The notes under the pieces were generated by a model. That model worked only from the letters and a program-made list of their open reading frames with translations, was not told where the DNA came from and searched no databases. Positions 9,153 to 18,323 of a stretch of 64,000 bases of DNA are shown piece by piece; positions within the stretch are counted from its first letter, which is position 1, and every line of letters starts with the position of its first letter. Made by a program: the position numbers and the translations under genes. The DNA comes from Leptolyngbya sp. (lineage in GTDB: Bacteria; Cyanobacteriota; Cyanobacteriia; Phormidesmidales; Phormidesmidaceae), in contig QBLT01000002.1 in assembly GCA_003249105.1 (NCBI GenBank), positions 2,505 through 66,504 of the forward strand, in the 5' to 3' direction.

Positions 9153-10499
9153 CTACTGGGGACGCGCCGCCGGGCAGTCAATGGCCCGCACGGCAACGGC
9201 GGCGGTGTAGTCGCGCAGCGCGTTGGCGTTAGGCGCAAAGTTAGTCCCGGTTTCGTTGAGGGGGGTTGCGATCGCGCAGAAGGCCGCCATCTGCTTAATC
9301 GTCGCCTCGCCCCAGTGACCGCTGATATCAGTGAAGGTGGGTGGGTTGCTAATGTTGGGAATAATCCCCCTGGTGGACTGGTCAATGCCCGGCACCGGGC
9401 TGGTGCTAGTGGTGTCACCCGCGCCCGCGTTAGCTCGCACTAGGGCCAGCTTGTAGGTCATCGCCATCAGCTCGGCCCGAGAGACGTTGTCGGTGGGGCG
9501 GAAGTTGCTGCTGTCAGCGTCCCCCGTCACAATGCCCAGCTGCTTAGCCTGCTGAATTTTGACCGCACTCCAGCGGTTGGCGGCCACATCGGAGAAGGGG
9601 GCGCTAAAGACCGACTGGGGCAGGTTGGCCAACACCGAGGTCGGCAGAACCTTTCTAGCGGTTTCCATCATTACAGAAACCGCCTGCTCGCGGGTGAGCG
9701 GTGCGTTAGGCCGGAAGGTGCCATCCTCAGGGAAGCCGGAGATGACCCCCAGGCTAGAGGCACGGGTGATCTCGGCGGCGTAGCGGTTGCCTCGAATATC
9801 GTTGAAAGCCAAGGCGGGCGGCGTCACGGGCGGCGTCACGACAGGCGGCGTGCCACCACCGGTTTGACCTCCCTGGAGCTGTGCCAGGGTCAGATCGTTG
9901 GTGAAGTACACCAGGTGCGAGCTGACGATCGCCCCGTTAAAGGTGCGCTTGGTCAGCGACCAGCCAGGGTTGAGATCGAGCTGGGTAAAGCCTGTGGGGC
10001 TGATGCCGTTGGCGCGACCGATGGTGATGCGATCGCGCGAGACGGTGCTAGGAGCAAACTGCAACAGCAAATCGCCGTCGCGCTGGTTGACTTCAAACCG
10101 AACCCCAGATAGATCCTGTCCTGCCAAACGGATGGCGTAGCCATTGGTATCGCGCTGGAGACGACAGACACCCGTAAAGTCAAAGGTATTCCACAGGGCG
10201 TTCACCTGGGTAGGTTCGCCACCGGGGTTGGCAATCGTCCAGCAGGGGGGGTTGGGCTGGAGCTGCTCCACAATATAGAGCCGGTAGGGTTGGGAGGTGC
10301 TACCCGGCACCGCCACCACCAAAAAATTGGCCGCATTGATGGGAGTGTTGCCAAAGGTCTGGGCCAGCAGCGGGCCCGTCTCGCGCACGGCGGGCTGAAC
10401 TGAGGTGGGATTGGGGGCAACGGCCTGCCCCGCTGCGCTGACTACCACGAGGGTAGCTGCAGTCAGCGCAGCCACTTTCAACATTGATATAAGCTTCAT
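9153..10499 (-). CDS. exported DUF3747-like protein with C-terminal S-layer homology (SLH) repeats
   Basis: Signal peptide; FDFTGVCRLQRDTNGYAIR; SLH motifs GVISGFPEDGTFRPNAPLTREQ and FRPTDNVSRAE. Confidence 0.8.
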   Translation of the reverse strand: MKLISMLKVAALTAATLVVVSAAGQAVAPNPTSVQPAVRETGPLLAQTFGNTPINAANFLVVAVPGSTSQPYRLYIVEQLQPNPPCWTIANPGGEPTQVNALWNTFDFTGVCRLQRDTNGYAIRLAGQDLSGVRFEVNQRDGDLLLQFAPSTVSRDRITIGRANGISPTGFTQLDLNPGWSLTKRTFNGAIVSSHLVYFTNDLTLAQLQGGQTGGGTPPVVTPPVTPPALAFNDIRGNRYAAEITRASSLGVISGFPEDGTFRPNAPLTREQAVSVMMETARKVLPTSVLANLPQSVFSAPFSDVAANRWSAVKIQQAKQLGIVTGDADSSNFRPTDNVSRAELMAMTYKLALVRANAGAGDTTSTSPVPGIDQSTRGIIPNISNPPTFTDISGHWGEATIKQMAAFCAIATPLNETGTNFAPNANALRDYTAAVAVRAIDCPAARPQ

Positions 10500-10924
10500 T
10501 GTCACCCGTCCTAAATAGCGATTTGTGATGGGGGGGAATAGTTTCTTTACCTTAGCCCTGGCAATGGTGGGCAAACCTTTGACCTCAACCACTTATCAGA
10601 CCGTCTGATAGTTAAGCTGACGATCCAATATCAGCGGCTGAATCTCAGTTACCCAGACCTAAAATCTAGGTTGCTGCCCCCAAGACCAGACCTAAGCCAA
10701 CCACGGCCAACGGTCACGACCAAACCAGCTCTTCCAAGCTCAACCCCTATAGATCAGGTCGGCAAATCAATGCCAGATTTGCGCGATTTAGCTTAGAAAA
10801 GCCGCCATTATTGTAGGAGGATCATCGGTATAGAACTCTACTTTTTGCAGGAATTACTTAGGATTCGTTGCAAAACCTCACCCTCACAGTCCTGGGTTTC
10901 GGCGGGGGCCTGTGAAGGGCATCT

Positions 10925-12928
10925 CTAAATTTGAAATTCGTCTAGGGAGGTGGGGGGTAGCCCCGCCGGGGCGATCGCACGGCTGACCGAGGCTTTGTAG
11001 CTTTCCTGCTGGGTGATCATGTCCACCGAAATGGCCTCAAACCACGCCTCCAAACAGCCAAAGGGAGCCGTAAGCTGAAGATTGCCCTCGAGCTGTCCCT
11101 GGCCATTGGGCAGCAGATTCAGCACCTGACGAGGCTCGTCGGCCAGGGTGCGGGTTTGGGGATCAGTAATCCACACTTTGAGGTAAAGGCGGTTGGGATG
11201 AAAGGGCACCCGCAGCGTAACGACCACTGGTTCACCTGCGGTCAGCTCACCCTCTGGCAGCTCTAAAATCGGCCTGGGCGGGGTCACCACCTCAGGCGGC
11301 TCCTCGGCCTCTGGGGCGGGCATCGCTGCTGCTTCTAAATCCCGTAGGGTAGGGTCTTCATCTTCGTAGATCACCACTTCGCCGGCAAACGGGATAAACG
11401 GCGGTGGCTCAACCAGGGCTTCCACAGGAGCTTCCACAGGAGCGGCGGCCACCTCGTTGCGCTGCTCGATCGCCTCCTGCTGAAGGTTGACCGCTAGCTC
11501 GTTGAGTCGATTCCAAAAGCGATCTTGCAGCTTGAGGTCTCTAAACCCCATGGCCTCGTGGGAAATCAGCTGGGGTGCCGCGCCCTGGGGTTTAGGGCTG
11601 GCACTGGGGGATGCCTGCCCAGTCAAGACGGCCACTGGGTCATCGGCCTTGGGCGGCGAGGCGATAGGCGGCAGGCTCAGCCCCCGCACTGGTTCTGGGC
11701 TGGGCGTCGCGTCGCTCAGAGTGTCGGGGCTGCGATCGCCGGGAGATGGCGCAACGGGGCGAGGCCGACCCACCGGAGGCAGCGACGGCTGGTGGGCCGC
11801 CGCCTCGTGGGGTGAGGGGTAGTAAATTTTGGGCGGCAGCTCAGGACTGTTGCGAGGCAGGGTGAGAATGGGCATCTGCCGAGGCGGTGCCGCCCGCCCG
11901 ACAATGTCCCAGATTTTGAGCTCGGGGGCGGAGGACTGGGGAGAGGCCGAGCCTGCCTCTGAGTCTTCAGTCGGAAAGACAACGTCTAGAGCAGCTTCAG
12001 TTTCGGCCTGGTTGGCGATCGCGTCAAACAGCGAGGCCACATCCACCGTTACCGTAAATCGTTGCAGAGCCGCGATCTCAGTGCCCACAAAGAGGCCTAC
12101 TTCTCCCAGCAGCAGCCGGGTCGATAGCTGAGTGGGCACGGTTACGGTCAGCGTCAGGGTACTGGGCAGCAGCGCCAGCGCCAGCGGCACCGGGGCCATG
12201 GCCACTGTAACCGCCGTCTGGGGATCCGATAATCGTACTACCAGGGTCGGAGGCGGGCCGGGTTCGCTGTCATAGGGGCCCGTCACCGTCGCCGTTAGCC
12301 CCAGGCTTTCCCCAGCGCTGCCCAAGAGCGCGGCGTGGGGCAGCGTTAGCCCGTAGGGCAAGGAAGCTGCGTCCAGGTCGTCCAGCTGGGTTTGAAACGC
12401 GTCCATAGCCGCCGCTGCGGTCCGGAGGTCAATGACTGGAGCCAGGGTCACCGAGGCTCTATCGTGGGAGGGCAGGCGAGAGGCGGCGATCGCGCCCAAC
12501 CCAGCACTGCCGTCGTCGGCAAACCAGTCACCCTCGTCGGCGGAGTCTTGGGCCACCACCCGCAGCTGCACCGCATAGCGCCAGGGCAGAGGGGCGTTGG
12601 CGTCATTGGCCTCTTCGGGGGCGGCCTCGGGGGCGATCGCGCTGGCGCACTGAATATTCCAGGCCCCCTCGCTGAGGCGAGTAAAGGGCATGACGACCAT
12701 CAGACCGTTTTCATTGATTTGACCCTGGCGACGCAGGATTCGCTGCCGAGGGGGCACGCTTTGTGAATCGGGTAGCAGCTGGCCGATCTGAATTTGTACC
12801 GGGGTATTGGTGCGGCTGGTGTGGGCCATCACTCGGTAGCGGCCCTCTAAAATTTCTACCTGGGAAGTGTCGAGGGGCAACCAACTCTGGTCGCCCTCCT
12901 TTTGCAGCAGAAATTCCCAATACTCCAT
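10925..12928 (-). CDS. hypothetical protein (667 aa) with Pro-rich centre
   Basis: Long ORF starting MEYWEFLLQKEGDQSWLPL; no recognisable catalytic motif. Confidence 0.8.
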   Translation of the reverse strand: MEYWEFLLQKEGDQSWLPLDTSQVEILEGRYRVMAHTSRTNTPVQIQIGQLLPDSQSVPPRQRILRRQGQINENGLMVVMPFTRLSEGAWNIQCASAIAPEAAPEEANDANAPLPWRYAVQLRVVAQDSADEGDWFADDGSAGLGAIAASRLPSHDRASVTLAPVIDLRTAAAAMDAFQTQLDDLDAASLPYGLTLPHAALLGSAGESLGLTATVTGPYDSEPGPPPTLVVRLSDPQTAVTVAMAPVPLALALLPSTLTLTVTVPTQLSTRLLLGEVGLFVGTEIAALQRFTVTVDVASLFDAIANQAETEAALDVVFPTEDSEAGSASPQSSAPELKIWDIVGRAAPPRQMPILTLPRNSPELPPKIYYPSPHEAAAHQPSLPPVGRPRPVAPSPGDRSPDTLSDATPSPEPVRGLSLPPIASPPKADDPVAVLTGQASPSASPKPQGAAPQLISHEAMGFRDLKLQDRFWNRLNELAVNLQQEAIEQRNEVAAAPVEAPVEALVEPPPFIPFAGEVVIYEDEDPTLRDLEAAAMPAPEAEEPPEVVTPPRPILELPEGELTAGEPVVVTLRVPFHPNRLYLKVWITDPQTRTLADEPRQVLNLLPNGQGQLEGNLQLTAPFGCLEAWFEAISVDMITQQESYKASVSRAIAPAGLPPTSLDEFQI

Positions 12929-13164
12929 AGTTCAAGCCCCAGTTTAAGTCCTGAGTTTAAAGCCGATTTTGGGGAACAAGCCACCCATGATGCTTCAGGA
13001 TACTCCCTAGCGGCAAACCTGCACTGTTACCCCAGCAAACATTCAGGGCCAAATCGTAGCAATGCCTACATTTTGAGAGAGCCTGCTTTCTACCTCTCTA
13101 CAGAGGGGGCTGCCTCAACCTCGCCCTACGCTATAGAAGTAACCTCTTAGGAGACGATTACATC

Positions 13165-13347
13165 ATGTCTATCGAAGATAGAGCCAAGGCCACTGCCAAA
13201 GATGTTGAAGGTAAGCTTCAGGAAGGCGCTGGCAAGCTGACCGGCGATCGCGAAGCTCAAGCTAAAGGTAAGGCCAAGCAGGCTGAGGCCGACGTGCGCC
13301 ACGGTGTGGAAGATGCAAAAGACAACGTCAAGCGCGCCATTGACTAA
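13165..13347 (+). CDS. CsbD-family stress protein
   Basis: 60 aa, EGKLQEGAGKLTGDREAQAKGKAKQ; SD AGGAG. Confidence 0.9.
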   Translation: MSIEDRAKATAKDVEGKLQEGAGKLTGDREAQAKGKAKQAEADVRHGVEDAKDNVKRAID

Positions 13348-13384
13348 TGCCTTAGCAGCTCTGCTTAAGGTTGTCTAATCTTAG

Positions 13385-13414
13385 AAGCTCCGATCCATAG
13401 AGGGTCGGAGCTTT
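13385..13414 (+). terminator. intrinsic terminator after the CsbD gene
   Basis: AAGCTCCGATC...GGTCGGAGCTTTT. Confidence 0.75.
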
Positions 13415-13506
13415 TGATTACAGGGGATAGCGGCGGCAACCCAAAATCCCCTGGCAATGCTTGTATCATTCTCAGCCCTGCGCACTGGCACTTTTGGCTC
13501 AGGTGT

Positions 13507-13860
13507 TTAGCCCAGCAAGTCGTTTAACTCGGCCTCGGTCGCTCGAAACCCAACCAATACCGCCTGACCGTCTTTGACAAACAGGGGGCGCTTGAGCAGC
13601 ATGGCATCGTTAGTAAAGGCGTCAATCCAATCGGCATCGCCCCAGGACTGCTTCTCGTCTCCCAGCGCCCGGTAGGATTGCCCCGAGGTATTGCGCATGG
13701 GCTTGCTGCTGAGGTTGTCTACCCAGGTCGCGATCATGGCCCGGCTGGGAGGATGTTCTTTGGTGTTGACAAAGTTGTAGGCAATGGCGCGGCTATCTAG
13801 CCATTGCAGCGCTTTTTTGCAGGTGCTACAGGTGGGAATGCCATAGACTGTCAGCGTCAT
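13507..13860 (-). CDS. ArsC/Spx-family thioredoxin-fold protein
   Basis: YGIPTCSTCKKA (CxxC) and MLLKRPL. Confidence 0.88.
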   Translation of the reverse strand: MTLTVYGIPTCSTCKKALQWLDSRAIAYNFVNTKEHPPSRAMIATWVDNLSSKPMRNTSGQSYRALGDEKQSWGDADWIDAFTNDAMLLKRPLFVKDGQAVLVGFRATEAELNDLLG

Positions 13861-14035
13861 AGCGGCGATCGGTTAAGGAATAATTTTAAGGACAAGCAAT
13901 TACAACAGACAAAAAGCGGAGATTAGGACCACATCCGAATCACACAACCCCGCTTCCCCACAGGTGAAACTGCAGGGGCAAATGGTATTTGCCTAGAGAA
14001 ATCACAAGGTAGACAAGTAGGGTTTAGCATAAAAC

Positions 14036-14068
14036 GCAAAAACGTCCCGGCGATCGAGACGTTTTTGC
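14036..14068. terminator. hairpin downstream of cp12
   Basis: 11-bp arms GCAAAAACGTC/GACGTTTTTGC. Confidence 0.7.
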
Positions 14069-14102
14069 AGCGCTTTAACCTCTCGTGGGGTAGCCCACTA
14101 GC

Positions 14103-14330
14103 TTAGGTGTCGTACACGCGGCACTCGTCGGCCTCAGGGTTGCTGTCGCAGTAGACTTCTAGAGAGTTTTTATCGGTGCCTTTGTCGCGCTGGTGAGAGG
14201 CTTCTGCCTGGAGCTCTTCTACAGCATCCCAAGCAGCGGCGCACTCCTGGGAGCTGCCGCCGCTGGCGTCACAGGCGGCCCGGGCACCTTCAATTTCTTT
14301 TTCGATGCGCTCTTTGATATTCTCGCTCAT
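14103..14330 (-). CDS. cp12: Calvin cycle regulator CP12
   Basis: Both Cys pairs, AWDAVEELQAE core, YCDSNPEADECRVYD end; start MSENIKE. Confidence 0.96.
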   Translation of the reverse strand: MSENIKERIEKEIEGARAACDASGGSSQECAAAWDAVEELQAEASHQRDKGTDKNSLEVYCDSNPEADECRVYDT

Positions 14331-14548
14331 GTCCTTTCTTACCGTTGTAAACAACTAGTGGGGGCCTAGGGCCTGGTCAGCAGGGGCAAACTATAAGATT
14401 AGATTGGCAAATCCCGACTCCAGGCTCAGTATACTGCACCAATTCAGGGGCCCTGGCGGTAGAAACTCTACCTCTACGGGGTAGAGTCACGCCCTTGACA
14501 GATCCCCCGGTGATCTAGAGGAGGTCAGTATAAGTACTTATTGATCAT

Positions 14549-14564
14549 TGTACACATCTCTACA
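14549..14564. promoter_or_regulatory. NtcA-consensus site between cp12 and the FIST gene
   Basis: TGTA-CACATCTC-TACA matches GTA-N8-TAC with ideal flanks. Confidence 0.55.
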
Positions 14565-14665
14565 AGGGCCGGGGTAACCGCTGAACATTCTGACCCCAGG
14601 TGAATTTACTCAGGGGGAGGAGCAATCCGATCTAGACTGGAACCACCCAAGGAGGGGGTTACCCA

Positions 14666-15916
14666 ATGACCGACATTCCCCAAATCGACCACCCACCTAT
14701 GGAGTGGGTCAATGCGGTGTCGACCCGTCCCTCCCTGGAGGGGGCTGTGAAGGACGTGGTAGAGCAGCTGAAGCACCAATTGACGGGGGCGCCTGATCTG
14801 GGCCTGGTGTTTATTTCGTCGTCATTTACCAGCGAGTTTGCTCGCCTGCTGCCCCTGCTCCACGACCTGTTGCCCATACCAGCTCTGGTGGGATGCAGCG
14901 GTGGCGGCATTGTGGGCATGGATGACCAGGGCCATCCCCAAGAACTAGAGGACACCCCGGCCCTCAGTTTGACGCTGGCGAGGCTGCCAGGGGTAACGGT
15001 GCGGAGCTTTCATCTGTCGAGCGATGACCTGCCGGATCTCGACAGCCCACCCGATGCCTGGTCTGAGCTGATGGGGGTCGCACCAGAGGCAAACCCCCAG
15101 TTTATTTTGATGGCTGACCCGTTCTCATCCAACGTCACCGACCTGCTCCAGGGGCTCGATTTTGCCTACCCCAGCGGCGTGAAGATTGGCGGTCTGGCCA
15201 GCGTTGACGGGTTCAATCGCCACAGTGGGCTGTTTTGCGATCGCACTCTCTATACCGAAGGCGCGGTTGGGGTAGCCCTAACGGGGCCGATTGTGCTCGA
15301 CACCATTGTGGCCCAGGGCTGTCGCCCCATCGGCCCGGTCTATCGGGTGGACAAGGCTGAACGCAACATTCTGCTGTCGCTGAGCGACCCAAAAGACGAC
15401 GACTCGGCGCGCCCGCCCCTAGAGCTGCTGCAAGAGCTGTTTGAAACTCTGCCTGAGAGCGATCGCCAGCTGGCCCAGAGTTCTCTTTTCATCGGCATGG
15501 CCCAGGACAGCTTTAAGCTCAGCTTGAATCCGGGCGACTTTTTGATTCGCACGCTGCTGGGGGTTGACCCCAAAATGGGGGCGATCGCCGTGGGCGATCG
15601 GCTGCGCCCGGGGCAGCGAGTGCAGTTTCACCTGCGCGATGCCCACACCTCCGCTACCGATCTCGAAACCCTGTTGCAGCACTACCAGCAGCAGGCTCCC
15701 GTCGCGATCGCTCCCGCCGGAGCGCTGATGTTTGCCTGCATGGGTCGCGGCGCCGGACTCTATAACCAGGCCAACTTTGACTCCGGTCTGTTTGCCCAAT
15801 ACCTACCTGGGCTTCCCCTAGGGGGCTTTTTCTGCGGCGGCGAGATTGGCCCCGTGGGGCAGACGACATTTCTGCACGGGTTCACGTCGGTGTTTGGAAT
15901 TTGTCGGCAGCCGTAG
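14666..15916 (+). CDS. FIST N/C domain protein
   Basis: LVGCSGGGIVG, VAQGCRPIG, FACMGRG, GFFCGGEIGPVG. Confidence 0.9.
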   Translation: MTDIPQIDHPPMEWVNAVSTRPSLEGAVKDVVEQLKHQLTGAPDLGLVFISSSFTSEFARLLPLLHDLLPIPALVGCSGGGIVGMDDQGHPQELEDTPALSLTLARLPGVTVRSFHLSSDDLPDLDSPPDAWSELMGVAPEANPQFILMADPFSSNVTDLLQGLDFAYPSGVKIGGLASVDGFNRHSGLFCDRTLYTEGAVGVALTGPIVLDTIVAQGCRPIGPVYRVDKAERNILLSLSDPKDDDSARPPLELLQELFETLPESDRQLAQSSLFIGMAQDSFKLSLNPGDFLIRTLLGVDPKMGAIAVGDRLRPGQRVQFHLRDAHTSATDLETLLQHYQQQAPVAIAPAGALMFACMGRGAGLYNQANFDSGLFAQYLPGLPLGGFFCGGEIGPVGQTTFLHGFTSVFGICRQP

Positions 15917-16000
15917 AGGGGTAAGGAGAAGGTGAGGGAGGTGGGGAAGATGAAGAGGATCGAAACTTTCTAGCTTCCCTATCTTCCTAACCTCACCCCT

Positions 16001-16891
16001 CTACCGCAAACCCAGCTCTAGCGAAGGCGTCAGTCCTTCAATGGTTAGGGTATAAGTAATAGCGCTGGTGCCAATGCCCTGCCAGCCGGTGATAAACCCA
16101 CCTTCGTCGAGAATTGGCCGGTGTTCGGGGGTGGTGACAGCGGCATAGTAAACCCCAGTAGCAGACAGGGGTTTAGCCCCCAAGTAAGGCTCCTGGCCAG
16201 CGGTGGTGCGGCCCGCAGACAGCAATCGACCAGCGGCATCGAACAGGAACAGCTGAGCCGCATCGTTGGTATAGAGCACACCAGGACGCTGCTGAATGAC
16301 GGTTAGATCGAGGCTAGCGCTGTCTCCCTGGGCACCGAGAAAGGCGTAGATATCGATGCGGCGGCTGACGGCTCCGGTGGTGACGCCGCTGCCGCTGCGG
16401 GTGTTGACGCGCTGGGCCTCGGCCAGGGGGCTGAGGGGAGTGTCGGCGGTAACGCCCAGACCGGCCTGCCAGAGGGCTTCATACTGGCGCAGGGTCTGAT
16501 CGGCGGCAACTACGGGAGTGCCCCGGCCCACGCTGGAGTACACCCCTCGATCAAAATCCAGGGGGCGACCGCTGTAGCCGGGCAGACCAAACCCGGCAAG
16601 CACGGGTTCACAGCCGTCGATGGGGCTCACCACCGTCTGGTTTTGGCGAAATAGCTGCATTTGGCGGCGAAACGTCACTAGCTGGGCGCGGGTTTTGATG
16701 GGGAGCTCAGGAACTTGTTCGAGCTGGCTACTGTGGGCGATCGCGCTATCCCAGTCATTCAAGCAGACCGCTAGCCGCAAAGCCTCTTGCACAACGGCGG
16801 TAGATTGGCCGTGGGCTGGGGCGGCAGCCAGCGTCGCTAGCAAGGCAATCGTTGACCGGCACAACCAAGACCTAACTTTTGTCGCCCTCAT
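16001..16891 (-). CDS. exported hypothetical protein with a C-terminal beta-sandwich (PPC-like) domain
   Basis: Signal peptide ending AHG-Q; IDIYAFLG...LFLFDAAGRLL...GVYYAAV pattern. Confidence 0.7.
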   Translation of the reverse strand: MRATKVRSWLCRSTIALLATLAAAPAHGQSTAVVQEALRLAVCLNDWDSAIAHSSQLEQVPELPIKTRAQLVTFRRQMQLFRQNQTVVSPIDGCEPVLAGFGLPGYSGRPLDFDRGVYSSVGRGTPVVAADQTLRQYEALWQAGLGVTADTPLSPLAEAQRVNTRSGSGVTTGAVSRRIDIYAFLGAQGDSASLDLTVIQQRPGVLYTNDAAQLFLFDAAGRLLSAGRTTAGQEPYLGAKPLSATGVYYAAVTTPEHRPILDEGGFITGWQGIGTSAITYTLTIEGLTPSLELGLR

Positions 16892-16930
16892 TGCCGCTGA
16901 CTCCTCTAGGTACTGCTGCATCCGCTGGTC

Positions 16931-17656
16931 TCACTGTACCCACAAGTCTACCGAGGCTCGCCCATAGTGGGCCAAAAACTTGTCGCTGCCGGTTTCTTGC
17001 CGCCGCAGCCAGGCCCAGAGCTGATCGCCCAGAGAAAAGTGCCACCACTCGTTGGGATGGCGGCGAAAGCCCGCCGATTTCATCGCCTGATTGAGCAGGG
17101 TGCGGTGGGCGTGGAAGGCTTGCTCGGCAGAGGTCGTGCCAGCAGCAAAATGGTCGGGGTGCGATCGCGGCGACACCTCATCAATGGGCGACCCCATATC
17201 GACTACGCTCCCGCTAGCATCGATCAGCGTCACATCTAAGGCGGCCCCAGTACTGTGGGGCGGCGGCGTGGCTGGGTCATCGCTGGGCATGGCCCAAAAC
17301 TGCACCACCTCCGCCATCACCTCGTCGCGCTGGGCAGGGGTGATGGCATTCATCTGCCAACCCCGCGCCTGGACCTGCTCTAGAAACGTGTGATCTACCA
17401 TGAACCGCTGCACCGCCACGGGGCGAAAGGCGTCAAAAATCTGCATGCACCAGCCAGGATATTGGTGCTGCAAGGATGCCTGAGCCTGTAGGAGGGCCTT
17501 CAACACCTCCTCTCGTAGATAGAAAGGCGACTGATTGCCGTAGGGGGCTCCTAGTGCCTGGTAGGGATGGGGCTGCACCAGGGCAAAGCGATCGCCGGGT
17601 ATGGACACCAGCGGTTCATTGCGATCGCAGATCGGAATAGCCTGGTAGAGTTTCAT
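16931..17656 (-). CDS. D-alanyl-D-alanine dipeptidase (M15D, VanX/DdpX-like)
   Basis: IFDAFRP, PPHSTGAALD, NEWWHFS. Confidence 0.9.
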   Translation of the reverse strand: MKLYQAIPICDRNEPLVSIPGDRFALVQPHPYQALGAPYGNQSPFYLREEVLKALLQAQASLQHQYPGWCMQIFDAFRPVAVQRFMVDHTFLEQVQARGWQMNAITPAQRDEVMAEVVQFWAMPSDDPATPPPHSTGAALDVTLIDASGSVVDMGSPIDEVSPRSHPDHFAAGTTSAEQAFHAHRTLLNQAMKSAGFRRHPNEWWHFSLGDQLWAWLRRQETGSDKFLAHYGRASVDLWVQ

Positions 17657-17801
17657 GGTACTTTTCCCCAGCTTGAAGAGTTCGTAAATAGTTAGGCCCA
17701 ACATCATTTTTAGGCTGGTGCTCAACTCCAGAAGCATCGATAGTCGAATGTATAGGTGATTGGAACCGTGCCCCTACGTTGTGCTAAAAGCAGTCTACCG
17801 A

Positions 17802-18266
17802 ATGAACATCGGCGCAATTTTGGCCTTAGCCGGACAAATCGGAATGCTCATCCTTGGGGTTGGCCTGTGGGGATGGTGGCTTGCCGCCCTAGCGGCCCCG
17901 CAGTCTACGATTCTGATCGCGGGGCTACTGCTGGCCTACGGGCTGGGGACGGGATGGGGCAGCGTGGTGCCAGCCAGCGCGGCTGTTTCTATGGCGATCG
18001 CCCTGGTGGTCGCCTTCGACATCTTCCCGCCCTTTTGGCCCGACAACATCCACTACAAATATTGGGCCTACACCGTACTGCTGCTGTGGGCCGCGAGTGT
18101 CGCCCTCATCGGTCTGCTGGCGGCAGTAGGTCAACGGCTGCGCCGAGCAAAGCCAGCCGATCGCTGGGGTGGGCGGTTAGCTCTGTTAGCCAGTTTGTTG
18201 GGCATGCTGTGGATCGGAGCCCACCTCTACCAGTCCCATTGGCCCAGGTGGATACCTTGGCCTTAG
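17802..18266 (+). CDS. hypothetical membrane protein
   Basis: Several hydrophobic segments; no known motif. Confidence 0.65.
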   Translation: MNIGAILALAGQIGMLILGVGLWGWWLAALAAPQSTILIAGLLLAYGLGTGWGSVVPASAAVSMAIALVVAFDIFPPFWPDNIHYKYWAYTVLLLWAASVALIGLLAAVGQRLRRAKPADRWGGRLALLASLLGMLWIGAHLYQSHWPRWIPWP

Positions 18267-18323
18267 CCATCTTTCTCCAACCAGCTTGTTTGGGAAAACT
18301 CTAGCAACGGGTTTCAGCGAGTT

